Assembly: GCA_963742735.1 (NCBI GenBank)
Contig: CAVUMN010000003.1
Location: 1 to 64,000, forward strand
From: an uncultured Actinomycetes bacterium
Lineage (GTDB): Bacteria; Actinomycetota; UBA4738; JBBDTT01
Length of the DNA stretch: 64,000 nt
Direction of reading: 5' to 3'
Under the pieces are notes generated by a model. It saw only the letters and a program-made list of their open reading frames with translations. It made no database searches and was not told the DNA's origin. The translations under genes and the position numbers were made by a program. Position 1 is the first letter of the stretch. Each line of letters starts with the position of its first letter. Positions 12,422 to 22,845 of the stretch are shown piece after piece.

Positions 12422-13543
12422 ATGGCTCGGGCGCTGTACGTCATCACGCGCGCGCAGCGGCGCGGCGCCGAGGTCGACGCGACGCTCCTCGCCGCCCAGA
12501 TGCTCCCCGACTACGAGCCGCTGGTGGCCACCTTGTACGCCGGCGCCGATCCGGCGGTGCTCGGGGGCCGGGTGCCGGTCCTGGCCAGCAAGATCGCGCC
12601 GGGCCCCCTCCGCCGCCTGCTGGGGATCTCGCCGGCCTCGGTCCGCTTCGTGCGCACGACGATCCGCGACTACCAGCCCGACCTGATCGTCGCGTACGGC
12701 GGCGAGCCCCTCCTGCACGCGATCCCCGCGGCGCGCAAGGCGAAGGTCCCGGTCCTGTACGTGAAGATCTCGATGGCCGTCGAGAAGCTGAAGCGCGGAC
12801 GGCGGCGGGCCGCGTTCCGCCGCGCCGTCGCCCGGGCGGCCGCGGTGGCGGCGGTCGCGCCGCACCTGGCCAGTGAGCTGCTCGAGGATCTCGACGTCGA
12901 GCGCCACGTCCACATCACCCCGACGTTCCGTACGGCGGCCGACGTGGCCCCGGCCCGCCAGCGCGAGACCGTCCGCGGGGAGCTCGGGCTCGGCGAGGAC
13001 GACGTGCTGGCGGTCTTCGTCGGGAACCTCTCCGCCGAGAAGGGACCGGATCTGGCCCTCGAGGCCCTGGCCGGCGGTCCGGCGAACCTGCACCTGCTGG
13101 TGGCGGGCGACGGCCCGCTGGCCGGGACCCTCGCGGAACGCGCCGCGCGGCCCGACCTCCTGGGGCGGGTGCATCTGCTGGGCACGCGCACGGACGTGCC
13201 GCGCCTGCTGGCCGGCGCCGACCTGGTCCTTTCCACGAGCCGTGAGGAGGGCCGGCCGGGGGTGATCCTCGAGGCGGCCCTGGCCGGGCTGCCCGTGGTC
13301 GCCACCAGGGTCGGCAGCGTGGGCGAGCTGGTCCGCGACGGGATGGACGGCGTGCTGGTGGCGCCGGGCGACGTGGCCGGGCTCGCCGCCGCGCTGACGG
13401 AGCTCGCCGGCGACACCGCCCGCCGGTCCCAGATGGGGCTCGCCGCACGCGCCGGCTCGATCGAGTACCTGCCCGACGCCGTGCTCCCCGCGTGGCGGGC
13501 CGCCTTCGAGGCCGCGCTGGGCGGCGAAACGAGCACGGAATAG
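12422..13543 (+). CDS. Glycosyltransferase family 4
   Basis: FVGNLSAEKG, LLVAGDGP, EGRPGVILEAALAGLPVVATRVG. Confidence 0.9.
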   Translation: MARALYVITRAQRRGAEVDATLLAAQMLPDYEPLVATLYAGADPAVLGGRVPVLASKIAPGPLRRLLGISPASVRFVRTTIRDYQPDLIVAYGGEPLLHAIPAARKAKVPVLYVKISMAVEKLKRGRRRAAFRRAVARAAAVAAVAPHLASELLEDLDVERHVHITPTFRTAADVAPARQRETVRGELGLGEDDVLAVFVGNLSAEKGPDLALEALAGGPANLHLLVAGDGPLAGTLAERAARPDLLGRVHLLGTRTDVPRLLAGADLVLSTSREEGRPGVILEAALAGLPVVATRVGSVGELVRDGMDGVLVAPGDVAGLAAALTELAGDTARRSQMGLAARAGSIEYLPDAVLPAWRAAFEAALGGETSTE

Positions 13544-13594
13544 TCCCGCGCGTACAGGGAATACCCCAAAGTGCCCGTTCTGAGAGGAGGAGCC

Positions 13595-14260
13595 ATGGGG
13601 TTCCAGTGGCGCAAGGACGACGACACCACGATCGAGGGTGGGCGCCGCGTGGTCACCGAGCGCGCTCCCGACGGCACGACCGTCACCCAGGTGGACAACG
13701 GCGACGTCGACACGGCGACGCGCACGACGCAGATCGAGCCCGTCACCAAGCGGGTCGCGGCCCCGGCCGCCTACGAGGTGCGCCCGGCGATGGCCAGCCT
13801 GGCGGCGCGGATGAGCCTGTCGATGATCGGTGCCGCGATGATGATCGTGGGTGCGTTCATGAACTGGTTCGACGGCGTGTTCCGCGCGAACGCAACCGGC
13901 CTGGGCTTCAACGCCCTGTGGCCGACGGGATCGTTTCGCCGCGAGGGGCCGTTCTACGAGTCGATCGCGTTCATCGTCCTGCTCCTGGGATTGGTCGCGA
14001 TCGTCGGGCTGGCCTCGCGCTCGGGTGCGCTGACTCGCCTGGCGGGGGCCCTGGGGCTGGTGGTCTTCGTCATGTACACGGTCCGGTTGTTCCGCGCGGA
14101 CGAGGCGTTCGTGCCCGAGTCGATCGGGATCGGCGCGTGGCTGACGCTCGCCGGCAGCCTCACCGCGCTGATCGGGGGCTTCATGGGCACGGCCCGTGAG
14201 GTCGTCGTACCCGAGGAGACCGTGGTCGTGACCGGCGGCAAGGCGAGCTGGGCCGCCTAG
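13595..14260 (+). CDS. Membrane protein of unknown function (about 4 TM)
   Basis: GAGGAGG SD; Thr-rich N-terminus followed by four hydrophobic segments. Confidence 0.7.
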   Translation: MGFQWRKDDDTTIEGGRRVVTERAPDGTTVTQVDNGDVDTATRTTQIEPVTKRVAAPAAYEVRPAMASLAARMSLSMIGAAMMIVGAFMNWFDGVFRANATGLGFNALWPTGSFRREGPFYESIAFIVLLLGLVAIVGLASRSGALTRLAGALGLVVFVMYTVRLFRADEAFVPESIGIGAWLTLAGSLTALIGGFMGTAREVVVPEETVVVTGGKASWAA

Positions 14261-14264
14261 CTCG

Positions 14265-15614
14265 CTAGAGCAGGACGACGTTCTTCGGGGGTGGCCCGCC
14301 CAGGTGGCGGGTCACCCCTCGCGTGTCGAACACGAGCCTCGCGCGCTCGACCACCGCGCGGAAGTCGATCCCGTCGTGCGCGGTGAGGATCGCCACGCAG
14401 TCGGCTCCCTCCAGCGCCGCCTTGGTGAGCTTCACGGAGGTGAGGCGCTTCCCGTCCAGCGTGAGCTCGGGCACGAACGGGTCGTGGTACGCGACCGTCG
14501 CGCCCTGCTTCCGGAGCAGGTCGAGGACCGCGACCGGGGCCGACTCGCGAACGTCGTTCACGTTGGCCTTGAACGTCACCCCGATCGCCAGCACCTTGGC
14601 CCGGCGCATCGGCTTGCCGTGGGTGTTGAGGGCTTCCGCGATCCGGCTCACGACGTAGGTCGGCATCCGCGCGTTGACCTCCTGCGCGTGCTCGACGAAG
14701 TTCACCCGGTGGCCGCGGCGCTGGCCGACCCGCCACGAGAGGTAGGACGGGTCGATCGGGATGCAGTGGCCCCCCACGCCCGGCCCCGGCCAGAACGCCA
14801 TGTATCCGTACGGCTTGGTGGCCGCGGCGTCGAGGGCCTCCCAGATGTCGATCCCCAGGTCGGGGGCGAGCATCGCCAGCTCGTTGACCAGGGCGATGTT
14901 CACGTGTCGGAAGGTGTTCTCGATGATCTTCGCCATCTCGGCCTCGCGGGGCGACGACACCGTCACCACCTTGTCCACCAGCGTTCGGTAGAAGGCCGCC
15001 GCCGCCTCCGTGGACTTCGAGCCGACGCCGCCGACCACGCGCGGCGTGGTCGCCAGGTGCTCGGGGTCGCGGCCGGGGTCGATGCGCTCCGGCGAGTAGG
15101 CGAGCCCGAAGTCGACGCCGGCGACCAGACCGGACGCCTCCAGGAGCGGGCCGAGCTCCTCCTCGGTGGTGCCCGGGTAGGTGGTCGACTCCAGGATCAC
15201 CAGCGTGCCCGGCCGCAGGACGTTCGCCAGGGCCCGGCCGGCGCCGTGGATGAACGACAGGTCCGGCTCCTGGTCCCGCAGCGGCGTGGGGACGCAGATC
15301 ACGACCACGTCGGCCTCGGCCAGGGCCTTGGTCCGGGTGGTCAGCTGGGCGCCCTCGCGCAGGTCCTCGAGCTCGTCGTCGGCGATGTCGCTGATGTAGG
15401 AGGTGCGCGACTTCAGGGCCTGGACCTTGGCCGGATCGGTGTCCAGGCCGATGACCTCGAACCCGGCCCGGCGAGCTCCGAGCAGCACGGGCAGCCCGAC
15501 GTAGCCCAGGCCGACGACCGCGACGCGTGCCTCGCGACGCTTGATCCGGTCTTTGAGCGGCCTGAGCCAGCCGGCGGAAGGGGTGTTCGTGGCTGCCTGC
15601 ACGGGAGACCTCAT
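14265..15614 (-). CDS. Nucleotide-sugar dehydrogenase (UDP-GlcNAc/ManNAc 6-dehydrogenase, WbpA/WecC type)
   Basis: GLGYVGLP, ICVPTP, ESTTYPGTT, SPERIDPG, GVGGHCIPIDP, DVRESA. Confidence 0.93.
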   Translation of the reverse strand: MRSPVQAATNTPSAGWLRPLKDRIKRREARVAVVGLGYVGLPVLLGARRAGFEVIGLDTDPAKVQALKSRTSYISDIADDELEDLREGAQLTTRTKALAEADVVVICVPTPLRDQEPDLSFIHGAGRALANVLRPGTLVILESTTYPGTTEEELGPLLEASGLVAGVDFGLAYSPERIDPGRDPEHLATTPRVVGGVGSKSTEAAAAFYRTLVDKVVTVSSPREAEMAKIIENTFRHVNIALVNELAMLAPDLGIDIWEALDAAATKPYGYMAFWPGPGVGGHCIPIDPSYLSWRVGQRRGHRVNFVEHAQEVNARMPTYVVSRIAEALNTHGKPMRRAKVLAIGVTFKANVNDVRESAPVAVLDLLRKQGATVAYHDPFVPELTLDGKRLTSVKLTKAALEGADCVAILTAHDGIDFRAVVERARLVFDTRGVTRHLGGPPPKNVVLL

Positions 15615-15640
15615 CGTAGGCTTGGCTCACGGGAGGTGCA

Positions 15641-16255
15641 ATGACGGAGACCACCGATGCGCGGCGGGCCGGCGCCGTCGAGCCCGCCGTTCCGGCCGAC
15701 GCCGAAGCCGTGGCGCGACTGCACGCGGAAGGGATCGGCGAGGGATTCCTGTCCTCGCTCGGCCCCAGGTTCCTCGAGCACCTCTACCGCTCGATGGCGG
15801 GCTCGCCCAGCGCCACGCTCTTCGTCTCCCGCGGCGCCGGCGGCGAGGTGATCGGCTTCATCTCGGGCGCGGTGAGCCCCGGCGCCTTCTACAAGGAGTT
15901 CTTTCGGCGCCACGGGGTCCGCGCAGCGCTGCTGCTGGCCGGACGGGCCCTGCGGCCCTCGGTGCTCCGCCGGATCCTCGAGACCGTGCGCCACGTGGGG
16001 AAGGAGGGCGGAGGCGGCCCGGAGCTGCTCTCGGTGGCGGTCGGGCCGCCGGCCCGGCGGACCGGGCTGGGGTCGATGCTCGTCCGCCGGCTCGAGGAGG
16101 ACCTCCGTGGCCGGGGCGCCGAGCGGCTGGCGGTGGTGGTCGGCGCCGGGAACCAGGGCGCCCGGACGTTCTACGAGCGGCTCGGGTTTCACCCACTCGG
16201 CGCGGTCTCGGTCCACCAGGGGTACGCGTCGCTCCGCTACGAGAAGGCGTTGTAG
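15641..16255 (+). CDS. GNAT acetyltransferase (glycan-cluster type)
   Basis: FLSSLGPRFL, ELLSVAVGPPARRTGLG, NQGARTFYERLGF. Confidence 0.85.
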   Translation: MTETTDARRAGAVEPAVPADAEAVARLHAEGIGEGFLSSLGPRFLEHLYRSMAGSPSATLFVSRGAGGEVIGFISGAVSPGAFYKEFFRRHGVRAALLLAGRALRPSVLRRILETVRHVGKEGGGGPELLSVAVGPPARRTGLGSMLVRRLEEDLRGRGAERLAVVVGAGNQGARTFYERLGFHPLGAVSVHQGYASLRYEKAL

Positions 16256-16264
16256 GGTCGGGCC

Positions 16265-17251
16265 ATGCCTGAGGTCCCTCCGTTCTTCGTCGTGGGCTCG
16301 GCCCGGTCGGGCACCACGCTGTTGCGGGTGATGCTCGAGCGCCATCCGGACGTGGCGATCCCTCCCGAGTCGCACTTCATTCCCAAGCTCTGGGAGCGCC
16401 GCGGCCGGTACGGCGACGGCGATCGTCTGGAGCGCCCTCGCGAGTTCCTCCGCGACCTGGCGTCGGACTCGCGGTTCCGATCGTGGGACCTGCCCATCCA
16501 GGCGGTGGCCGACGAGCTCGAGCTGGTTGAGCGCCCGACGTTCGCGCGGGGGATCGAGGCCGCGTTCGTAGCCTTCGCGAAGGCCGACGGAAAGACGCGG
16601 TGGGGCGACAAGACCCCGAAATACGTGGATCACATCCCCCTGATCTCGACCCTGTTTCCGGACGCGCGATTCGTCCACCTGGTCCGCGACGGGCGCGACG
16701 TGGCGCTGTCCGTCCTGGACATGGAGCGCTTGCACGCGCATGCGGCCACTGCGGCCAAGGTGTGGGCGCGCCAGGTCGCGGGCGGGCGGACGTCCGGCCG
16801 CGCGCTGGGCGAGTCGCGATACCTGGAGCTTCGCTACGAGGACCTGCTCGAGGACGGCCCCGGCGAGATCCGTCGGGTGTGCGCGTTCCTGGGGATCCCG
16901 TTCCGGCAGGCGATGTTGAAGCACGAGGGCGGCGCGCTCGAGCGGATCCCGGAGCGCCAGCGGGGCATGCACAAACGCCTGTCCCTGCCGCCGACCAAGG
17001 GGCTCCGCGACTGGCGGAGCCAGATGTCCTCGGACGAGCTGGCGGAGTGGGAGGCGGTTGCCGGGCCGCAGCTCGAGGCGTTCGGCTACCGGCGGGCCGC
17101 GAGTCATCCCGGCCTGTTCACCCGGATGAAGGCGAGTCTCCGCACGCTGGGGTTCTGGGGCCGCTACGCGCGGGGCCGCGCCGGCGTGACGCGCCGCCGC
17201 CGCCGCCGGCGGCACGAGCGCGAACGCGAGGCCCGCGAAGCGGTGCGCTAG
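16265..17251 (+). CDS. PAPS-dependent sulfotransferase
   Basis: FVVGSARSGTTLL (5'-PSB), WGDKTP, HLVRDGRDVALS (3'-PB), LRYEDL. Confidence 0.92.
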   Translation: MPEVPPFFVVGSARSGTTLLRVMLERHPDVAIPPESHFIPKLWERRGRYGDGDRLERPREFLRDLASDSRFRSWDLPIQAVADELELVERPTFARGIEAAFVAFAKADGKTRWGDKTPKYVDHIPLISTLFPDARFVHLVRDGRDVALSVLDMERLHAHAATAAKVWARQVAGGRTSGRALGESRYLELRYEDLLEDGPGEIRRVCAFLGIPFRQAMLKHEGGALERIPERQRGMHKRLSLPPTKGLRDWRSQMSSDELAEWEAVAGPQLEAFGYRRAASHPGLFTRMKASLRTLGFWGRYARGRAGVTRRRRRRRHEREREAREAVR

Positions 17252-17329
17252 GTCTCCGGTTCCCGGGGAGCGGCCCGCCCGCCCGGTATGCTGCTTCCGC
17301 GCTCCCTTCGACCCACGAGGCGTTCCCCT

Positions 17330-18514
17330 ATGGCGTCCGAACCCATACCCCTCGCCAGGCCCGACCTCGGGCCCGAGGAGGAGGCCGAGGTCCTCGCGGT
17401 CCTGCGCAGCGGCCAGCTGTCCCTGGGGCCCCGGGTTCCGGAGTTCGAGCGCCGGGTTGCCGGCTACACGGGCGCCGCGTGGGCGTCGGCGGTCTCCAGC
17501 GGGACGGCCGGACTCCACCTCGCCGTCCGGGTGCTGGGGATCGGGGCGGGCGACTGCGTGGCGACCGTCTCCTTCTCGTTCATCGCCAGCGCCAACGCGA
17601 TCGCCTACGAGGGCGCGGCGCCTGTGTTCCTGGACATCGATCCGGTCACCAACGGCATGGACCCCTCCGCCCTGAAGGCCTACCTGGACGCGTGCCGGGG
17701 CTCCGACGGCCTCCGCGACCCGGCGACCGGGCTGCGGGTCGCCGCGGTCCTGCCGGTGCACGCCTTCGGGCACCCTTACGACGTCGAGGCCGTTGGCGCG
17801 CTGGCCGCGGAGCACGGCCTTCCGGTGATCGAGGACGCCTGCGAGGCCCTGGGGTCCTGGTACCGCGACGGCCTGGGGGACTGGGTCCACGCGGGGACGG
17901 CCGGCGCGTTCGGCGTCTTCGCGTTCTATCCCAACAAGACGATCACCACCGCCGAGGGGGGCATGGTCATCGGCCGCGACCCGGCACACGGCGAGCTGGT
18001 GTCGAGCCTGCGCAACCAGGGCCGGGCGCCGGACGCCGCGTGGCTGCACCACGACCACCTCGGCTTCAACTACCGGATGGACGAGCTGTCCGGCGCGCTG
18101 GGCGTCGTGCAGATGCGCCGGCTCCAGGAGATCCTGGACGCCCGGGCCGGCGTGGCCGCCATGTATGCCGAGGTGCTCCCCGGAGTCGAGGGCGTGCGGC
18201 TCCCGGCCGTCGCCGAGTGGGCCCGCCCGGCGTGGTTCGTGTACGCGGTGCGCGTCCCGGAGGGGACCGACCGCAACGCGGTGGTCCTCGGTCTGAACGA
18301 GCGCGGCGTGCAGTCCAAGGCCTACTTCGAGCCGCCGATCCACCGTCAGCCGCCGTATTCCGCCCGCGGTGAGCTGGTACCCTTCGCCCTCCCCGAGACC
18401 GAGGCCGCGGCCCGTGACACGCTGATCCTGCCGTTCTTCTCCACCATGACCCGGGCCCAGGTCGAGCGAGTAGGCGAGACCCTGTCCGACGTGCTGGAGG
18501 CCGGCCCCCGATGA
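17330..18514 (+). CDS. DegT/DnrJ/EryC1/StrS sugar aminotransferase
   Basis: SSGTAGLHL, IEDACEALG, FAFYPNKTITTAEGG, GFNYRMDE. Confidence 0.93.
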   Translation: MASEPIPLARPDLGPEEEAEVLAVLRSGQLSLGPRVPEFERRVAGYTGAAWASAVSSGTAGLHLAVRVLGIGAGDCVATVSFSFIASANAIAYEGAAPVFLDIDPVTNGMDPSALKAYLDACRGSDGLRDPATGLRVAAVLPVHAFGHPYDVEAVGALAAEHGLPVIEDACEALGSWYRDGLGDWVHAGTAGAFGVFAFYPNKTITTAEGGMVIGRDPAHGELVSSLRNQGRAPDAAWLHHDHLGFNYRMDELSGALGVVQMRRLQEILDARAGVAAMYAEVLPGVEGVRLPAVAEWARPAWFVYAVRVPEGTDRNAVVLGLNERGVQSKAYFEPPIHRQPPYSARGELVPFALPETEAAARDTLILPFFSTMTRAQVERVGETLSDVLEAGPR

Positions 18515-20461
18515 CCCCGCGACTGCCCCGGATCCGCAAGACGAACGTGCGCCGGGTGCTGTTCTTCATGGCCGCGGACCTGGTGGTGACCTCCGCCTCG
18601 CTGTACGCCGCGTTCTTCGTCCGCTTCGAGATCCCCGTGCCGCTGCCGTACTGGCGGTCGATCCCCAAGCTCCTGCTGATCCTCGTCGCGGTGCGCCTGG
18701 CCGCGAACGCGCTGTTCCGTCTGTACAACCTGACGTGGCGCTTCGTGGGCACCCGCGACATGGTGAACGTGATCGCGGCGACGCTGCTCGGGAGCCTGCT
18801 GTGGGTCGGCGCCTCCTACGCCCTGAACGACGTCTTCCCGCCGCCGTTCCGAACCCCCCCGCGGTTCGTGGTCGCCGGCGAGTTCCTGTTCACGCTGATG
18901 GGCGTCGGCGGTCTGCGCGCGTTCAAGCGCATCTGGCAGGTCGTCACGCTCGGCTCCTCGCGACGGCGGACCGAGGGCCGGCGGGTCCTGGTGGTCGGGG
19001 GCGGCCGGGCCGGCGAGAAGCTCATCCGCGAGATGGTCCACGACCGGGTGCAGGGGCTCCGCCCCGTCGGCGTCCTGGACGACGACCGGCTCAAGCACGG
19101 GACGTACCTGCACGGGGTGCGGGTCCTGGGCGGCCGCGACCTGCTCGAACGGGTGGTCCGCGACGAGCGGGTGGAGGACGTGATGATCGCCATGCCGTCC
19201 TCGCCGGGCCAGGTCATCCGGGAGATCGTGAACGCCGCGCGTACGGCCGGCGCGCCCTCGGTCTCGATCATCCCGGGCGTCGCCGCCATGCTCGAGGGCA
19301 AGATCGCGCTCGCGTCGGTGCGCGAGGTGAAGGTCGAGGACCTGCTCGGCCGGCAGCCGGTGGAGCTCGACGCGAAGGCCATCGGCAGCTACCTCTACGG
19401 CCGAACCGTCCTGATCACGGGCGCCGCCGGATCGATCGGCTCGGAGCTCGTGCGGATCATCGCCGCGTTCGACCCCGGCCACCTGGTGCTGCTCGAGAAG
19501 GACGAGACGCGGCTGTTCGGCCTGGAGCTCGACCTGCGTCGCATCGCGCCGCGGGTGCCGGTGTACCCGGTGGTGGCCGACGTTCGCGACGCCACCCGGA
19601 TGCGGCAGGTGCTCAAGCTCTACGAGCCGCAGGTGGTGTTCCACGCCGCCGCCTACAAGCACGTCCCGATGATGGAGGCCCATCCCGAGGAGGCGATCAC
19701 CACGAACGTGCTCGGGACGAAGGCGGTCGCCGAGGCCGCGGCCGAGGTGGGCGACCGAGACCTTCGTCCTGATCTCGACGGACAAGGCCGTGAACCCGAC
19801 GTCGGTGATGGGCGCGTCGAAGCGCGTCGCCGAGATGGTGGTGCGCCGGCTGAACGAGACGTCCGCCACCCGGTTCATGGCAGTCCGCTTCGGCAACGTC
19901 CTCGGCTCGCGGGGCTCGCTCATCCCGGTCCTCGAGGAGCAGATCCAGCGAGGCGGGCCGATCACCGTCACCCACCCGGACATGGAGCGGTACTTCATGA
20001 CCTCCACCGAGGCCGCGCGGCTGATCCTGAAGGCCGGCGCCATCGGCCGCGGCGGCGAGGTGTTCGTGCTGGACATGGGCAACCCGGTGCGGGTCCGCGA
20101 CCTGGTCGAGGCGCTGATCCGCCTGTCCGGGCTGGAGCCGGACGTCGACGTGGCGATCCAGTTCACGGGCACGCGGCCGGGGGAGAAGCTCCGCGAGGAG
20201 GTCCTGCTCGCCGAGGAGGGGACCGAGGCCACGAGCGCCGAGCAGATCTTCACCGGGATCCTCGGCGAGGAGCCCGACCCAGAGGGCCTGGTCCGAGGTG
20301 TCGAGGGCCTGGCCGCCGCCGCCGAGGCGGGCGACCAGCGCCGGATCCGCCTGCTGCTCCAGGAGCTGGTCCGGACCTACCAGCCGGGCCCGGGCGCCGG
20401 CGACGAGCCGATCGTCGAGCTGCTCGAGGCGCCCCTCGAGCCCGAGGCGGCCACCGAGTGA
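18511..20461 (+). CDS. UDP-GlcNAc 4,6-dehydratase (PglF/CapD/WbpM family); one apparent frameshift near 19753
   Basis: TM N-terminus, EDLLGRQPV, TGAAGSIGSE, HAAAYKHVP; removing one base near 19753 restores FVLISTDKAVNPTSVMGASKR, VRFGNVLGSRGS, RPGEKL. Confidence 0.9.
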
Positions 20462-21399
20462 CCGAGCTCCACCTGGTCACCGGGGGGGCCGGCTTCATCG
20501 GCTCGAACCTCGCCCGCGCGCTCCTCGAGGACGGGCTGCGGGTTCGAGTGCTGGACGACTTCTCGACGGGGCGCAAGGAGAACCTGGAGGACATCGAGTC
20601 CGACCTGGAGCTCGTCCAGGGCGACGTTCGAGACCCCGAGACCGTGGGCGAGGCCGTGGCCGGCGTCGCGGTCGTGTATCACCAGGCGGCCATCCCCTCG
20701 GTGGTCCGCTCGATCCAGGACCCGGTGACCAGCCACCTGGTGAACGCCGGTGGAACGCTCAACCTGCTGCTCGCCGCGCGGGAGGCGGGGGTGCGCCGGT
20801 TCGTGTACGCGTCGTCCTCGAGCGCGTACGGGGCCACCGAGGTCCTGCCGATCACCGAGGACACCCCGCCGAACCCGCTGTCGCCCTACGCCGTGGCCAA
20901 GCTGGCCGGCGAGCACTACGGGCGGGCGTTCTTCGCGGCCTACGGCCTGCCGACCGTGGCCCTGCGCTACTTCAACGTGTTCGGCCCGCGCCAGGACCCC
21001 TCCAGCGAGTACAGCGCGCTGATCCCACGGTTCGCCGCGTCGATCCTGTCGGGCGAGGCCCCGACGATCTTCGGCGACGGCGAGCAGAGCCGGGACTTCA
21101 CCTTCATCGCCGACGTCGTGCAGGCCAATCGGCGCGCCGCGGAGGCGGAGGGCGCTCCGGGGCAGTGGTTCAACGTCGGCCAGGGCGGACGGACGACGGT
21201 GAACGAGCTGCTGGCGATGTTCCACGCGATCGAGCCCGGCGAGCACCCGGCCGCGGTGCACGGGCCGGCCCGGGTGGGCGAGGCTCGCCACTCGCAGGCG
21301 GATATCTCGAAGGCGCGCTCGGTGCTCGGCTACGAGCCGAAGGTCTCCCTGGAGGACGGCCTCCGCCAGACCCTCGACTGGTTCCGCGACCGCCGGTAG
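20458..21399 (+). CDS. NAD-dependent nucleotide-sugar 4-epimerase (WbpP-like SDR)
   Basis: LVTGGAGFIGS, YAVAK, RYFNVFGPRQDP, GDGEQSRDF; GTGA overlap. Confidence 0.92.
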   Translation: MTELHLVTGGAGFIGSNLARALLEDGLRVRVLDDFSTGRKENLEDIESDLELVQGDVRDPETVGEAVAGVAVVYHQAAIPSVVRSIQDPVTSHLVNAGGTLNLLLAAREAGVRRFVYASSSSAYGATEVLPITEDTPPNPLSPYAVAKLAGEHYGRAFFAAYGLPTVALRYFNVFGPRQDPSSEYSALIPRFAASILSGEAPTIFGDGEQSRDFTFIADVVQANRRAAEAEGAPGQWFNVGQGGRTTVNELLAMFHAIEPGEHPAAVHGPARVGEARHSQADISKARSVLGYEPKVSLEDGLRQTLDWFRDRR

Positions 21400-21421
21400 T
21401 TCGAGTCATACTGCACGGCCC

Positions 21422-22840
21422 ATGGCGCAGATCGCCCCCTCGGCGGGGTACACGCTCACGCTTCGCGTGAACCTGCAGAACGTCCCGGGCACGCTCGGGC
21501 GACTGACCACGGCGATCGGGCTGGCCGGCGGCGACATCGGCGGGATCGACCTGGTCGAGCACCGCGGCACCGTCGTGGTCCGCGACATCGCAGTGAAGGC
21601 CCGCAGCGAGGAGCACGGGCACGCCATCGCCGACGCGGCGCGCGCGGTGGAGGGGGTCGAGATCCGCACGGTCACCGACCGGGTGTTCGCCATCCACGAG
21701 GGCGGCAAGATCTGGGTGACCCCGAAGTTCCCGCTGAAGAACCGCGACGACCTCTCCATGGCCTACACGCCCGGCGTCGGACGCGTCTCGAGGGCAATCG
21801 CCGACGAGCCCGAGAAGGTGTGGGACTACACGATCAAGTCGAACGCCGTGGCGGTGCTGACCGACGGGACCGCGGTGCTCGGGCTCGGCGACATCGGGCC
21901 CGAGGCGGCGATGCCGGTCATGGAGGGCAAGGCGATGCTCTTCAAGGAGTTCGCCGACATCGACGCGTACCCGATCTGCGTCCGGGCCGGCTCGACCGAG
22001 GAGCTCATCACGATCGCGAGGGGGATCGCCCCCGGCTTCGGGGGGATCAACCTGGAGGACATCGCCGCGCCGGCCTGCTTCGAGGTCGAGGACCGGCTGC
22101 GCCGGGAGCTCGACATCCCCGTGTTCCACGACGACCAGCACGGGACGGCCGTGGTGGTCCTCGCCGCGTTGCTGAACGCGGCGAAGGTCGTCGGCAAGCA
22201 GCTGCCGGACATGAAGGTGGTGTTCCTGGGGATGGGCGCCGCCGGCGTGGCGTGCACGAAGCTGCTGCTGAACGTCGGGGTCGGCGACGTGATCGGCGCC
22301 GACAGCCTCGGCGTGATCCACACCGGGCGGACCGAGAACATGAACGACATGAAGCGGTGGATCGCGGAGAACACCAACCGCTCCGGGGTCAGCGGGGGAC
22401 TCGACGAGGCGTTCCGCGGTGCCGACGCGTTCGTCGGGGTGAGCGGGCCGGGGCTGGTGAAGACGGACTGGGTCGCTGAGATGGCGGACCGGGCGATCGT
22501 CTTCGCCCTGGCCAACCCGGTGCCCGAGATCATGCCCGAGGAGATGCCCGAGAACGTCGGGATCGTCGCCACCGGACGCAGTGACTACCCGAACCAGATC
22601 AACAACGTGCTCGTGTTCCCGGGGTTCTTCCGGGGACTGCTCGACTGCCGCGCCCGGACCGTGAACGACGAGATGAAGGTCGCCGCGGCCGAGGCGCTCG
22701 CCGCGATCGTCGGCCCCGACGAGCTCTCCGAGGAGTACATCGTGCCCTCGGTGTTCGACCGGCGGTACGTGCCCGCGGTGGCCGAGGCCGTCCGCCAGGC
22801 CGCCGCCCGCACCGGAGTCGCCCGCGCCGTCGAGGACTGA
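21422..22840 (+). CDS. NAD(P)-dependent malic enzyme with N-terminal ACT domain
   Basis: ACT NVPGTLG; AYTPGVG, DGTAVLGLGDIG, FHDDQHGTA, TGRSDYPNQINN. Confidence 0.94.
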   Translation: MAQIAPSAGYTLTLRVNLQNVPGTLGRLTTAIGLAGGDIGGIDLVEHRGTVVVRDIAVKARSEEHGHAIADAARAVEGVEIRTVTDRVFAIHEGGKIWVTPKFPLKNRDDLSMAYTPGVGRVSRAIADEPEKVWDYTIKSNAVAVLTDGTAVLGLGDIGPEAAMPVMEGKAMLFKEFADIDAYPICVRAGSTEELITIARGIAPGFGGINLEDIAAPACFEVEDRLRRELDIPVFHDDQHGTAVVVLAALLNAAKVVGKQLPDMKVVFLGMGAAGVACTKLLLNVGVGDVIGADSLGVIHTGRTENMNDMKRWIAENTNRSGVSGGLDEAFRGADAFVGVSGPGLVKTDWVAEMADRAIVFALANPVPEIMPEEMPENVGIVATGRSDYPNQINNVLVFPGFFRGLLDCRARTVNDEMKVAAAEALAAIVGPDELSEEYIVPSVFDRRYVPAVAEAVRQAAARTGVARAVED

Positions 22841-22845
22841 GGCCG

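Noticed and set aside
18511-21399. 962-aa dehydratase-epimerase fusion in the ORF track
   Set aside because: Artefact of the frameshift near 19753; the epimerase has its own GTG overlapping the true stop at 20461
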